The notes under the pieces were generated by a model. The model had not been told where the DNA came from, searched no databases, and worked only from the letters and a program-made list of their open reading frames with translations. The position numbers were made by a program, and so were the translations under genes. A DNA stretch of 64,000 nucleotides from the human T2T-CHM13v2.0 reference genome, Homo sapiens: NCBI RefSeq assembly GCF_009914755.1, contig NC_060931.1. One strand, written 5' to 3'. Shown here one piece after another: positions 32,166 through 46,589 of this stretch; the first letter of the stretch is position 1, and every line of letters starts with the position of its first letter.

Positions 32166-32999
32166 AGCCTTTGTGACTGATAGAGGGTGTCCTGCGTCTG
32201 ATTCCCTAACAGCCTAACTTTGGGAACATTTAATCTCCCTGGTGATTTGCTGTGCCTCTGTTTCCCGCTGTGCCCTCTGTAGACACTGGTCGCAGTTCTC
32301 ATGCCCTGCCCCCCAACCTCCGCCTTTTTCCTGAGGCCTCAGAGCCCTTCTCGGCTGAGTGTCCAGCTCATCAGTCACAAGTAGAGGGACCTGACCTGCC
32401 ACCCAAGTAGTGATGACCTTTGTGCCTCTGATTCATTGTCCAAAACCCATTTGCACTGGAATGTGATGAGTTTAGCAGGTAGGGATAACTAAGAACAGAC
32501 TCTGAGAAAAGGATCAGGAAAACAGTACATGGCCTGTGAGGAGAAAGAAGAAAATGTACAAGGGAATCTCAGGAAGTGAAAACCCACAGCTGCTTCTTGC
32601 CATCTCTTGCCTTCACTGAGCCTGCCTGTCTCTGCAGCTGACCATATAAACAACTCAGGGAGGTGGTGCTTGCTCCTGGACCCCAGAAAGCTTTGTGCCA
32701 GCTTCCTTGGGATGGGTGAAGATGGATCTTCCTAGCCTGGTGGTGCAGGGTCCTCAGGTCCTGTTGATGTGTACTGATCAGTGTATTGGATACTCTTGCC
32801 CTGCTAACAGGGCCTCACTCTCTCGATTGCCTTCTACAAGAGCAGAAGTTTTAGAGCTATGGGATGTATGTGCCAAGAAACAAGGAAAACATCTTACCAA
32901 AAAGATATGGCAGCTTTAATTTTAATTTTAAAAACTAAATTTTAGCATTACTTTAGTAAAACCGTGAAACAGAAGGAGGACAAGGGGAATAGGCTAATG

Positions 33000-33382
33000 C
33001 AGGGGTCCCCAGCCCCCAGGCTGTGAATTGGTACTGGTCCGTGGCCTGTTAGGGACTGGGCTGCACAGCAGGAGGTGAGCAGCAGCGAGCAAGCGAAGCT
33101 TCAACTGTATTTACAGTCGCTCCCCATCACTTGCATTACTGTCTGAGCTCTGCCACCTGTCAGATCAGCGGCCACATTAGATTCTCGCAGGAGAGCGAAC
33201 CGTATCGTGAACTGCTTATGCGAGGGATCTAGGTTGCGCGCTCCTTATGAGAATCTAACTAATGCCTGATGATCTGAGCTGGAACAGTTTCATCCCGAAA
33301 CCATCCCCCACTCACCTTCCTGGCCATTGAAAAATGGTTCCACAAAACCAGTCACTGGTGCCAAAAAGGTTGGAGACCGCTG
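33000..33382. mobile_element. MER1 (hAT-Charlie) non-autonomous DNA transposon
   Basis: Imperfect terminal inverted repeats caggggtcccca...tggagaccgctg; 8-bp TSD ggctaatg at 32992-32999 / 33383-33390. Confidence 0.9.
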
Positions 33383-33577
33383 GGCTAATGGATTGAGATT
33401 GCGAGATTCTATGTACTGTGTTGCTGGTGTTTTTTTGTTTGTTTGTCTGTTTTTCACCCCCAGTGCCATTTCAGTTTTCCTAATATCATGCCATATTCTA
33501 ACCAGAAAGGGAAAGTATTTTGCCAACTCATCGTTGAAACTGTCTTTTTAACACTGCTTTGTTTTTAATTTGCCCAG

Positions 33578-33754
33578 GTCTTTAAGGAGGAGAAGTACTT
33601 GAAAGAGGCCATGGAGTGTAGCGATGTGATTTGGCAGCGAGGTTTGCTGCGGAAGGGCTACGGGATATGCCATGGGACTGCTGGCAACGGCTATTCCTTC
33701 CTGTCCCTTTACCGTCTCACGCAGGATAAGAAGTACCTCTACCGAGCTTGCAAG
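33578..33754 (+). CDS. LANCL2: LANCL2 coding exon 7 (VFKEEKY...GICHGTAGN...RACK)
   Basis: cccag| acceptor, AAG|gtgagg donor; 177 nt; CHG zinc-ligand motif. Confidence 0.97.
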
Positions 33755-36698
33755 GTGAGGGTGGCTCTGTTGGAACTGCTTCTGAACAACCCCGAGTGTG
33801 CACAGAATCCAGAGTCCAGAAGTACAACTCCTGTTCCTTCTTTTAACCTGTTTCTCCCAGTTCTGTAGCTTCCTCTTTTTCTTCTGGCACAGCCTTATCT
33901 GTGGTTTCTCTGGGCCACAGTGTCCCTGTCTGTAGAATGGAGAGGACAAATGTCAATGGCTTCTGAAGAATATGTGTCCTGGAGTCACTACGTGATGAGA
34001 ATTACCACCTGTGCCATTTATTGGCTTTATGAGTTTGGATATGTCTCTTCTTCAAGCCTCAGTTTCCTCATTTGTACAGACAGAAAAAAAATACTACCCA
34101 CCTCCTAAGGATGTTCCAAGCAGAACTGAGCTAATGTGCAGATTGTTTGTAATCGTCCTGCCAAAACCCTCCACGGCTTCCCATTGACTGCAGATGGAGC
34201 CTATGCTCCTCCGCTGAGTTGACAGAGCCCTGCGCACCTTGGCCCCTCTCTGTGTCTCTGCCTGATCTCCTTGCCTTACCCTGCCCTCTAGCCCGCCATA
34301 ATACAGCCATGTTGCCCTCTCTAAGAACGGAGTGTGTCACTCTTGTTTCCGCTGGACCTGTCGTTAACTGTTCCCTTCAGGAGCACTCTTCCTTCAGCTC
34401 CTTGCCATGCTGATCTGAATTGTGACATTCTTGGAGGGATCTTTGAGACCCCCCAAGTGGATGATCACTCAGTTGCTCATTGTATGTTTTGGCTTGTTTC
34501 TTGAGTGTGTAGGCTGGTAGAACATAAGCTTCTTGATCTTGTCTGTCTGGGTCACTATTCTACACTAGTACTTGGAGCAGTGCATAGCACCGAGTAGAAA
34601 CTCAGTAAACATGCACTGGACATGTGAAGATGAATGGCATAGAGCAAGACTCAGTAAATGTTTGCTAGTATTTTTATTATGTACACATTTCACAAAATGT
34701 AGTTGTGTGCACACAGAAAAAAGATTGGAAGAAAATACACTAAAGTGTGTACAGTGACCCTTGTTAGATGGAGGCATTGCGGCTGATATGTTCTTTATAC
34801 TTTTTGAACATCTATTACTTTCTGAAGACTTCTCAACCCCAGTGGAATGGGCCCTACCTCGTTGGTGCACTGGAAAATGCACACACATCTGTGGCTCCCC
34901 CACTGATGGAAGCATGCAGGAGGCTGTGGAAGCAAAGAGGGCAGGGCCCAACTTGGCATAGCAGGTCAGCAAGGGATGTCTCAGCCAAGACCTGAGGGAC
35001 AGCTCGAAATTAAGCAAAGGGGGATGAGGAAAGATGTGAAAAGGAGAAGAAACTGCTGTTCCAAAGGCCCGGAGGTGTGAGCACCCAGGGCCTGTGTGAA
35101 CTACACTGTGGCTGGAGCACGGGGGATGGGGCAAAACAGGAGCCAGCGAGCGGGGAGCAGCCAGATTCCGCAGGCCTGGGCCAGCCTTGATGATGTGATG
35201 ATGGTAGATGACTATGCAAATATGGGCAATGCGAGAAGACCGCAGGAGGGGTGAGACGCAGCCGGTTCTTTAAAGATGAGGGGTTTTTCAGGTGGGCCAG
35301 GCAGGGGTGGCCTGCAGAGGTGGAATGCAGTTCTGATAAGGAGAATAGCTTGGGCAGAGCTGCAGAGCACGAACCAGCTCTGTGTGTTCCTGACTCCGTA
35401 AGCACTTCAGCCTTTGGGATGCAAAGGGAAGGAAATGTGTGGCCAAAGGTAAAAGTCAGACAGGTGGGTAGAGGCCAGAGAAAGTTAGTTCTTCCCTGTA
35501 GCCAGTAGTTCTCAACCTTGTACCACTGGGAAGCTTTCAAATCATGCCTGGACCTCACTCTAGACCAGTTAAATGAGGAAGCCTCAGCACTAATATTTTT
35601 CAAGCTCCCCCAGTAAGTTTAATAATCAGCTAGCACTGGATACTGATATGGAAGATGGGGGCTCATGGAAGGGTTTGGAATCCATATTCAGACTCCTCTT
35701 TTGGAAAGATTGCTGTAGTCCCAGTAGGAAGAATGAGGCGGGCTTGGGTTTCCCCAAATAGTGGTTTAGTAATTAATGCAAGAAATGTTGAGTCATAAAC
35801 CAAAGCATAGGTTGGGATAAAAAATGAGACATTTAGAAACACCTATGATGTAAAGCCCACAGAATTTAACGCATGTTTTTAAATGTGGAGAAGATGGAAA
35901 TATCTGAAGGTCTTTCTGTTGTCTGACTCGGAAAACTGGGTAGATGGGCCATCAAACAAGCTAAGAGTGAGCAGATTGGGAGGGGAAAAGCAGAGTGAGT
36001 TTCTTTTTACGTGTGCTGAACTTGATACTCCTCATGTTTATTACTTATGATTCTTAGTGTACAAATGACCCTTCAAATTATGATAGCTTAGGCACAAAAG
36101 GGAAGTTTATTAAAACGATATGGAAACACCCATTGAAGAGGTCTAAGAAGAAAGGGTCAAGGAGCTCAGAGGAGAGCACAGGGAGGGCTGAGGGCCGGGG
36201 GCTGGGAAGGTGGAGAGGCTGCCAAGCAGCAGCAGCAGCTGTGGAGGGGCTGCAGTGAGAGGCGGCGCCCCAGGCAGGGCTGAAGCTGTTTCCCAGCTGG
36301 GGCCAGGGGAGCCAGCAGCTGCTGCTGAGAGCCATTTTAGAGCCAGGGTTTTTTGTTCAGGATAGAGCAGGCGTTTCGAGTTGCTTCTGGAATCATCAGC
36401 TGAAGCGGCAGGAGGAAGGTGCCAGGGAGAACAGAGTGTCGTTGAGCCGTTCGGTTTTCACCTCGGACTTCCCAGCAGCTGTAAGGCAGACCCCACTCTA
36501 CAGCTGAGGCAGCCGCAAGCAGAGCCTTGCTGGGCCTCACCCCTGGAAGAGGGGGTGCAGTAGCCCATGGAGCCCACGCTGAATGCCCTACAGCTGGGGG
36601 TCCACTTCCCTGATGCCTGTGAAGACATTGCATTCTCATTTATTGCCTTTTCACCAGGTAGAAACTCCAGTCTTAAAAAGAAATCCCTTTCTTTTCAG

Positions 36699-36771
36699 TT
36701 TGCAGAGTGGTGTCTAGATTACGGAGCACACGGGTGCCGCATTCCTGACAGACCCTATTCGCTCTTTGAAG
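36699..36771 (+). CDS. LANCL2: LANCL2 coding exon 8 (FAEWCLDYG...SLFEG)
   Basis: ttttcag| acceptor, G|gtaaga donor; 73 nt, phase 0 to 1. Confidence 0.96.
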
Positions 36772-37349
36772 GTAAGAGTGAGAAAAATGCTATAGATTAA
36801 ATGTTTGGGTGAAATTGGTTCTCCTGCCCTTGTGGACTGGCACTGTTCATATTTGACCTGGCTCAAGTAATACTTCCAAACTGTAAAATAATCAGCAGAG
36901 TAGCTTATTGCTGAAAATTATGTTGAATCTCTTCACCTTACCTATTGTTTTGTGCTCCTGTGAATGTCTTCCAAGTGTTCTTAGGTTTTTTGTGAGGTGT
37001 CTATGCAGACAGAACGTAGAAGGCTTGCTGTTAGCAATGGAAGAAATAGTTTACTCCTCTGCATTTCATCTGTAATGTTGCATATTTAATATTGGTGTAT
37101 TCATGGGAAGCTTGAATAATTACTTAAATATATTTAATATCATATAAAGAAGTATGAATAATTAATATTAGCAATTAGAAATATTAGTAAGTAGAAAAAA
37201 TAGCAAGAGTGAATATTGAAGAAAGTTCTGAAAAGAGGAGCACTGATAGGCAGGCAGTGAAAGCAACAAGGATTCCAGAGTCCACCACGGGCGCAGGGAA
37301 GGGAAGACAGGAGCACAAACAGAAGCCCCACAAACAGGCCCGGATATTC

Positions 37350-37870
37350 GTTAGATTTGTATGTGGGTATGGGCGTGCTTTCTGTTTGCTAACATTTTGG
37401 TAAAGGTTTTTGCATCTCTATTCATGAAGGATATTGGCCTACAGTTTTCCTGTCTTGTGCTGTCTTTCTCTGGTTTTGGTATCAGGGTCATACTGACCTA
37501 ATAAACCATGTTGAGAAGTATCTTCTTCTCTTCTGTTTTCTGGGACAGACTGTGTTAATTGGTGGAAGAATTGGTATTAGTGTAACTTAAATGTTTGGTA
37601 GAATTCTCCAGTACAAACTTCTAGGTCTGGAGATTTATTTTTCTAGACTTTTAAAATAAATTCCGTTTTTAAAATAGTTATAGGGCTGTTCAAGTTATCT
37701 ATTTCATATTGGGTGAGCTGTCATAGTTTGTAATTTTTGGGAAATTGGTTAATTACGTACATGTGGTGAAATGCAAATATGTAAGCTATTGGTATTCCTT
37801 ATCATCCTCTGTCTGCATCGTCTGTAGTGGTATGTCCTGTTTTAGTTTTCATACTGGTAATATTTTTAAA
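37350..37870 (-). mobile_element. Old L1 ORF2 fragment
   Basis: ttttgcatctctattcatgaaggatattggcct...ggtatcagggt...ggtagaattctccagt. Confidence 0.75.
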
Positions 37871-38539
37871 TCATATTTTAGAAATACGAGCAGAAAACAG
37901 AGCATGTGTCACATGTTTTGCAGAAGATGATCTTTTTTAATATTCAGAGAACTCATAAGGAAAAAGTACTTACTAGAATAAAAGTTGTAGTCCTCTATGT
38001 CATAAAAATGCAATGCATTTGCATCAGATATAACAGAGTTAATGCCTGAACTCTAAATGGAGTTTATCAACTTGATAATAGCACCTTCAGAGCCCCAGTG
38101 GGTCAAAAGCTTTGGATGTACAGCTCCCTAAAGGCGGGAAGTTAATAGGTCACCTCCTTCCCCTGTGCCTCGCCAGTGCCTGGCAGACAGAACTGTGGGG
38201 GACTCTCACCAAATTCCCGTCAGGGGACGGAGGGATTATTAAGCCGTGTGCCTAGCAATGCAGGCCATTGTGGCAAACTGGCCGGCTGGAGGAGCCACTG
38301 GGAGGGCTCACTGGCACCTGGCACCCCTTCTGGAGGAGCTCACTCCTGCTGGAGTGCACCGCCCAGTGGATCCGCTGCCCACACACCTGAGCAGGAAAGC
38401 CAGGCTCATCCCCGCAGGGCCTGCTGTAGGGCCTCCTAGGCTTGTTATGGGTCCCTGTTTACTTCTCATGGGCACTCCTAGGTCAGTGGTTTTCTAATTT
38501 TTTAAACAAGTTTCTGGAACCTTTCTTTAAACAAAAACT

Positions 38540-38975
38540 TACAGAGAAGGCTGGGAACACCCCAGATGACCGTCAGTAGGAAAAATGGGTAAACAATCTG
38601 CAGTGTACTGTTCAGCAGTAAGAAGGGGCCAACTATGAACAGGCACAGAACGTGAATGAATTGCAGGAACCCTGACGAAGGAGCCAGATACAAGGGCTGT
38701 ACACTGTGGCCATGCTCATAAGAGTGCCAGAGCAGGCAGAACTAATCCATGGTGGACCAAGACCAGGCTGCTGGTTACCTCTGGGGGGACCACAGGGATG
38801 GGAGGGACTGGAGAGGGGCACTTGGAACTTCCTGGGGTGATGGAAATATTCCAGGTCTTAATCGGGTTTTGTTTGCACATGTATATGCATTTTACAAACC
38901 TCAGAGAAGTACATTTTGGATTTATGTGTTTTATTGTACGTGAATTTTACATCAAAAGAAAAACTGTAAACAAAA
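38540..38975 (+). mobile_element. L1ME-type 3' end fragment
   Basis: aaggagccagatac...ggttacctctgggg...ggaacttcctggggtgatggaaatattc. Confidence 0.6.
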
Positions 38976-39549
38976 ACCCTGTAAGGGAGGATTGTTCTGA
39001 TTTGAGTGGGGACAGGAGACCTGGAGGCCTTGGTGGGCTACTAGCACCTTCTCCACCCCACACCCTTCCTAAGCTGCTGTGAGTCTAGTTGAAAACCCAC
39101 TGCTCAATTACTGCAATGATTTGGGGTGGGGATTTTGACCAAATTGAGGTTTGTTAAAAATAACATTCTTCAAATATCAAGAAGATATAAAATGCAACTT
39201 TGAGCATATACAGGCTCTGAGGGGAAGCTCCGTGTGTAGGAATATCGTAATTAGCAGCATCCATAACTTCCATAGCGATTCTGTGATGCCACCTTAAAGT
39301 TTCAAGATATAAGATTAAAGCCCAGTAACCAGTTTTTTAAATATAAGATAGTGAGGAAAACTGGTGTTATTATATTACCTGCCAGGTGCTAAATATAAGG
39401 ATATCTTTGGTTTTTAATGAAGTCATCTTTAGAGTCCTCAGCACCTTTCCCACATGCTTGCAGCCCCTGGTAAGGGAAATGATTAAAAGTCACTGTTATA
39501 GACACTACCCTTATGCCATTCCTAAGAGGCTCCTCATTTTACATTGCAG

Positions 39550-39644
39550 GCATGGCTGGCGCTATTCACTTTCTCTCTGATGTCCTGGGACCAGAGACAT
39601 CACGGTTTCCAGCATTTGAACTTGACTCTTCGAAGAGGGATTAA
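39550..39644 (+). CDS. LANCL2: LANCL2 last coding exon (GMAGAIHFLSD...FPAFELDSSKRD*)
   Basis: ttgcag| acceptor; phase 1; stop TAA at 39642-39644. Confidence 0.96.
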
Positions 39645-41618
39645 AAGGTGCAAAAAGACAACTAAAATACCCATTTGGACCAAAAGCCGCCAGATTGCTT
39701 AGTGCCTGACACAGAAACAACTGGGAATCCTGAAAGAGAAGCAGACACCGTCACAGGCCCCTCTGGTTAGACTAGCATGAGTGACCGAAGCCATCCATCA
39801 ACATTTTCTAACAGCACCCTCATCAATATAAAATATGACTTCTTCACATACAGATTCTCTGTAGTGTTTGCATGTTTCTTGGTGTTTGTTGTCTCCAGGT
39901 GTAAGCTGTTTTAAATGGAAGGCCCTTCTATTCCTGAGGGCTCAGAGCTGACCATGCATGAATGTATGGCAGTGTCCACTTTTCTGTATAAAATGTATAA
40001 AGTGGGGTTTCTTCCATATTGACAAATGAGGGAACAGGTGGTGTCTATCTTGTATATCAGAAAGATTATCTAGGGTCTATCCTAGTGATAATACATTGTC
40101 AGCCTTTTCTGTGGCACCTTCCAGATGAGAATGAGGGAGCGACCACTCCAAGGACGGACAGGACCAGCAGTTCTGCAGGGGCGTGCTGGGGTGGTTTGGG
40201 AGTGCACAGCTGAACGCTTCCCGTTTGGATTTTACACTCACCTTCGTGTTTTAAAGAAGCCTCAGAGTGCATTGCAGCTCTGTCAGGGCCCCATTCCCAG
40301 CAGAGGCTTCAGGTGCTTTGTGTAGAGTCCAGGGCAGCTGGAGCTTTGTTGGGGAGACTTCTGGACCCAAAGGGAGCTTTCCCAAGAAGCCTTTGATGGC
40401 CACACTGTAGGCAGCAGTGACTAAGCACTGGCAGTTCCAGAACATTTACCCAGGTATATGTTACTAAAACAGGCTCCACCTCAGTTTATCAACATTATAA
40501 GTTACTGTTCTAAGAAAAGTAAATACAGTTCCAGATGGGTTATTGCAGATTAACAGAAAGACACTCAACTGGACTCATGTCCCTGCAATTAAACTTACTT
40601 CAACCTTTTGGAAAGTTATCAAAATCTAAATTTGGAATGAATGCATTTCCTATTTTTTGTCTACTTTTGGGTGATAAAAAGTACTAGCCCTTATTTATAG
40701 ATATGAGAAACATAATGTTCTAACCAACAACATTATGGTATTTGTGTGACTTTTATTTGAAAAAATGTGAGCAGTAATTTGGGTTAGCCTACCTTCATTA
40801 ATTCTATCACATAGATTTCAGTTTTTAGAAGGGTTTCTGTCATCATGGAAGAGGTGGTCTGGGACTAGGTACTTCTCGTCTTGTGAGCTAAGGCTTGTGT
40901 CATGAAAGACAAGAGGCCTCTCTTAACAGCCCAGTCCTTGTCTGCAGGGGGAGGCCTGAGCATTTCCCAGCCCCAGTGTCCACACCTCTCAGAAAAGAGA
41001 AAAAAGAATGTCAGTTTAGGAGAAAAGCTTCCTTTTTACTTGTGTGGTTATGTGTGGGGCTGGCACCCGAAATGTGTGACATTCAGCTTCTAAACGATGC
41101 CTGGAGAGTCTGTTTGCTGCAGACACCCTTGCTCCTGAGTCATTATTTTCTTTCATGTTAGATTGATGACTTCTGTGAATAGAAATCATCCTGATCCTAT
41201 TTTACCTGGCCTCCAGGGCCTGTTGATGGGCTTTGCAGGCAGTCCAGCAGCCCACACCTGCAGGCAGGATGCTGTCGTCAATGAGCTGAGGGTAGCTGCT
41301 TTGCTGAAGACCTCACACGATGTCCAATCTCATCCAAATAACATTGTTCCCATCCTCCCCACCCACCACATCAAAACATAACACATCACAGCACTCAGTA
41401 GAGGTCCTGCCTCCCCATTTCTCAAGGGAAGCCAGTAGGCAACACAGCCAGCACGGTGCTCTCCAGGGCAGCCCCTCTCAGACGAGGAGGCAGCGGGTGC
41501 AGCCAGGTGTCTGCAGAGCAGCCACAAAGGTGGCCTAGGATGCGGGTGTCTCCCCAGGTGAGTCCATCCACACACGTTTGAAAAACACTATTAGTCTTTC
41601 TAACACACTGAGGGAAAG

Positions 41619-41638
41619 ATTAAAATCTGTGGAATAAA
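41619..41638 (+). terminator. Candidate poly(A) signals ATTAAA (41619-41624) and AATAAA (41633-41638)
   Basis: Hexamers followed by T-rich sequence. Confidence 0.5.
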
Positions 41639-42031
41639 GGAGGAGATTTTATTTACAGATTTTTTTAAAAGCCACCTGGGTTGACACCTTCCTACTTATC
41701 CACTAGATGTCATCAGAGGTGCTGTTCCGTGGTTCTGCATTAACCCCTGCCTCATGTCTGTAACATGTGACAGTAATTCCAGCTCGGTCCCTCCAGGCAA
41801 AGGAGAAACGGGACTTACTTCACAGGACAGAGGATTGACAGAAGTCAGTTTAAGATAAGTGTTTGAATCAGATTTCAGTACATCTCATTCATTTCTTAGA
41901 TTTGTATTCACAATTGTGTTCTCTAAAATGTGTCTAAATTTTAAAAATATGTACATGCATAATGTCATTTTAAAATCTGAAGGAAAGAATTTGAAGTCCA
42001 CAAAAAGTGTTTGAGGTTCTTTGGTTTTGTT

Positions 42032-42037
42032 AGTAAA
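42032..42037 (+). terminator. Candidate distal poly(A) signal AGTAAA
   Basis: Variant hexamer; TGTA motifs upstream and T/GT-rich sequence at ~42070-42095. Confidence 0.45.
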
Positions 42038-42169
42038 AGCCAGTTCTGTGGTGATGACCTATGGAATCGTCATTCGTTTTCATTTCTCCGTGTTTGAGAG
42101 TGACATTGGTTAGGAGCAATGGCGACTGTTCCGAAGGTTGGATTCTTCACTTAAAAATGCGGCAGTTGC

Positions 42170-42803
<634 letters not shown>

Positions 42804-44554
42804 TAGTTGCAGGTTTCTATCTATAAGTACATTCTTTTTGATTCCAACAACAAGACCTTTGGAACCCTGGGTCAGAAGAGCCACATCTATCAAGCTCCCT
42901 CCTTGTGATGGGCCCTTTGTTTTCACAGCAGCACTGGGAAGGGGGACTGTTGTAATTAACACTTTCTCACAGACGAGACAGTGCCAGACTTGCCCAGCAT
43001 CTCACAGCCCGCGTGTGGGACAGTCGGGACAGACTCAGGTGCTGCTCATGGTGCTAAGTTGCACCCACTCCCTCTTCCCCTGGGTGCTCGATGCAGAAGG
43101 AAAGCCACGGAAACCCAGGAAGGCCCTGCGACATGACCATGAGCACATGGCTAGTGAACAGAAAAGCAGGACGGACCATATAGGGCTGCTTCCTCTGGCC
43201 CTGTCATATCTGCTCCCCCACAGCCTTCTAGGTGGGGAGGGACCCTACAGCCATTTGTCGGAATTGAAACTGCTTTTTAGCTTAGGCAGTTTTCACATCT
43301 GTTGCTTCATTTGCTAAATTTACAAATACAATGGTCCAAGTTTAAAGTCCAGGTTCCCTAAGACGTCTTTACAAACCATCTCCACTCCCGCCCAGGCTCT
43401 GCGCCGCGACTTCTATGGCTCTACCTTTCATGAGCCTCATAGTCTGGTGAGAGACTGGATGTGTAATGTGGATGGGACCATTGGTGGTCCTCAGGAGGCA
43501 TTGAGCCCACTACGTTGCATGCAGAATTCTGTGTGCATATGATTACTGACATGGAGAGAGGGTTCCCAGTTTTCATTACCGCTTCAAAGCGGTGTGTGAC
43601 CCGAAAAAGGTGAAGTTTCAGGCTGGGGGGTAAAGAAGTGTGTGTGGGCCAGCCGGGCTTCAAAGCATGGAGCCGGGGGTGCTGTGGGAGGCGGACATGG
43701 CAGCAGGATTGGATCAGGAGGTGCCGTCGCATTTAGGAAGACCCCTCCTGTGGTAGAAGATGCTGCCAGCAGGTCCTGACTTTTCCACATCAGTGTCAAA
43801 GTCCAGCGTGACCAAGTCCCTGGTGCCTGTCAGCCTCTTCTCTGCTTCCTGGTACACAGCTGTGGGCATAGGAAGTGGTGGTCCAGGCAGCACAGTACGC
43901 AGCCCCGAGTGAGCCGGCCAGTGCGCTTCTGGAAGGCTATTCCATCCATTGTCTCCTGTCAGAGGCAGGGCTCCTTTATGATCCTGTTTTACCCAGGCTG
44001 CAGCTCCCCAGAGGCTGAGGCGCAGGGGCTCTCAGATGCCTGGGGCTATCCTGAGATCAGTCGGCTTCACAAATCTGACTGTTCCCAGCTCCCTCTCCCG
44101 TTTGGAGGTGGGAAGCTCGGTTCTTCTGCTCAGCAAATGCTTACGGAGCATCCACACTGTGCCAGGCATTGTGCTGAGTGCTGTGAGTGGAATGATGAAA
44201 AACCACCCTGGCTCCTGTCCTCAGTCAGCATCGCATCAGGCCTGAGGAACCTCTGCAGCACGGCAGAAGCCTTGAGCTGAGCTCAGACTCAGAGGGCCTC
44301 CCTCAGAAGGACCCCGGAGTGTTCCTCTGCAGTGAGGTGAGGACAGCTAGCTTCTGGGTGAAGGATGTTGTACGCCTCTTCCAGATAACAGCAGGAGGCG
44401 GACCAAAGGAAAGTGGGGGTCAGCTCAGCCTTGCAGTGTGACACCTTGTGGGCATGAAGGTGAAGGTGGTAGTCCCTGTCGTCAAGGAGTATATGGTCTA
44501 CAAAGAAAGTAATAAATACATGTTTACATTTTACAGCCAACCCAGGGTGGTGTG

Positions 44555-44760
44555 TGTTAAGAGCAGAGACTCTGGAGCCTGGGAGCTTGTGTTCACCTCT
44601 GAGCTCACCTGTTCCCTGTGGGAACTTGGTCAAGTTATTTCTTGAGCCTCCATTTCTTCTCTATAAAATCAGGACAATGGTAATATCTACCTTATTTGGT
44701 AGGTGGGAGGATTTAAATGACAAATGGGAAAAGCCTCTAGTCCGTGTAAGTGCTCTGATG
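44555..44760 (+). mobile_element. MIR
   Basis: gttaagagcagagactctggagc...ttggtcaagtta...gagcctccatttcttctctataaaat. Confidence 0.7.
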
Positions 44761-44917
44761 GGGCAGGTGAAGGTGCCGGTGATTGGCTTTCATGTGAGGA
44801 AGCACTCACCTGCCTGCATCGTGGAGGGAAATGCAGATCTGTCCTACTTCAAAGTCTCATGCCTCATCACAACCCCGTGTCAGTCCTCTGCTTGGCAGCC
44901 CTGGGCTTTCAGACAAT

Positions 44918-45038
44918 TGTGCATGAGTGTGTGTGCATGAGTGTGTGTGTGTGCGTGTGTGTGCGTGCGTGGGTGTGTGTGCGTGTGTGCGTGCGTGTGC
45001 GTGTGTGCATGTGCATGCGTGTGTGTGCATGCATATGT
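44918..45038. repeat. (TG)n / (TGCG)n compound microsatellite
   Basis: ~120 nt of mostly alternating purine-pyrimidine sequence. Confidence 0.95.
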
Positions 45039-46110
45039 GAATTGGTAACTGCCCCAGGATCCTTCAAGAGGAAAAGATGCTGCAGGAGCAAAGATGTCCT
45101 AAACCACAGTTTCAGGCTTATTCAAAATCCAGGAATTCAGAGAGACCAGGGTGTCAGCTGCTTTGGTGTTTTCTTGGGCATCCCAGGGAGCTTTCCCTGG
45201 TTCTGTGGCCCCCTCCACCCTCCTCCTTACTGTACAAGAGAAACTTGTGGCTTTCATAGGATCATCCAGCAGATACGCTGCTGCTCACATGTTGATAAAG
45301 ATATTACCCCACTCTTAAAGTATTGCCCTAGGAGAATAAAACGTGTCCCGAGCAGCATAATCACACATTCATCTGTAAGTGTATAAGTATTCCTAAAGTT
45401 CCAAGAACTGACAAGGCCAGCCTTTCAGACCATTCCTAATGGAGGTGGCAGGGAAGTTACCAAACACTGTGCTCAGTTGCTGGAAACTAGGTGTGATCCC
45501 CAGGATAAGAGAGGGTGACCTACACACATCCTCTTGGCAAGCCAGAGGTGGCCTGGCTCCCGAGGAGTCCCCACGGAGGCCGCCTCGTAGCTGTAAGGAG
45601 GGCTGGGAGCATCTGCAGTACCTGCTCCCTCACAGCAGCTGAGGAACTTATTTTGAGTCCTTGTGTGCCAGAAAGATGTCTTTCATCTGCTCTGACACTG
45701 AAATCATAGTTTGACTGCTTAAAGGATTCTCGACTGGTTATCCTACTGATATCTCAAGGCATTGCTCTGCTGTCCTAAACCTTCCATTGCTGCCTGTGGG
45801 GATTTCATAGCCATTGGGATTCTTGTTTCTTTGTATTTGATCTTGCTTTGTATGATTGTTTTGCAAGTTGTAGGATTTTCATCTGATAATAGGCCTAGTC
45901 CTGGTTCTTAATGGGCCCTTCCAATCTGTAAATTCATGTCTTTCAATTCTAGGAAATTTTCTTGAGTTATTTCTTTACTGCCTCCACCCACCCTCTGTCC
46001 TTGTCTCTTTTTCTTGAACACCTGTTATTTGGATGTTAAGCCTCTTAATATAATCCCTGATTTTCTTTCTTCTGTTTTACACCCCTTTGTCTTTTTACTT
46101 TACTTTCTGA

Positions 46111-46517
<407 letters not shown>

Positions 46518-46589
46518 CTTCTTTGTATTTCTTGGTTTTGGTGTCTTATCTCTCCGAGGATGTTAATTTATCCAACTGGTTAATGTATC

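Larger units (their letters stand above)
39645..42060 (+). other. LANCL2: LANCL2 3' UTR (end approximate)
   Basis: Largely repeat-free sequence after the stop codon, with several poly(A) hexamers; Alus resume at 42170. Confidence 0.65.

Noticed and set aside
44724-45386. 220-aa ORF
   Set aside because: It runs through MIR and the TG microsatellite (CVCV runs) and has no recognisable domain.
43000-45400. Possible alternative terminal exons of the convergent neighbour VOPP1
   Set aside because: Plausible from known gene order, but I cannot support exon boundaries or a peptide from the sequence alone.
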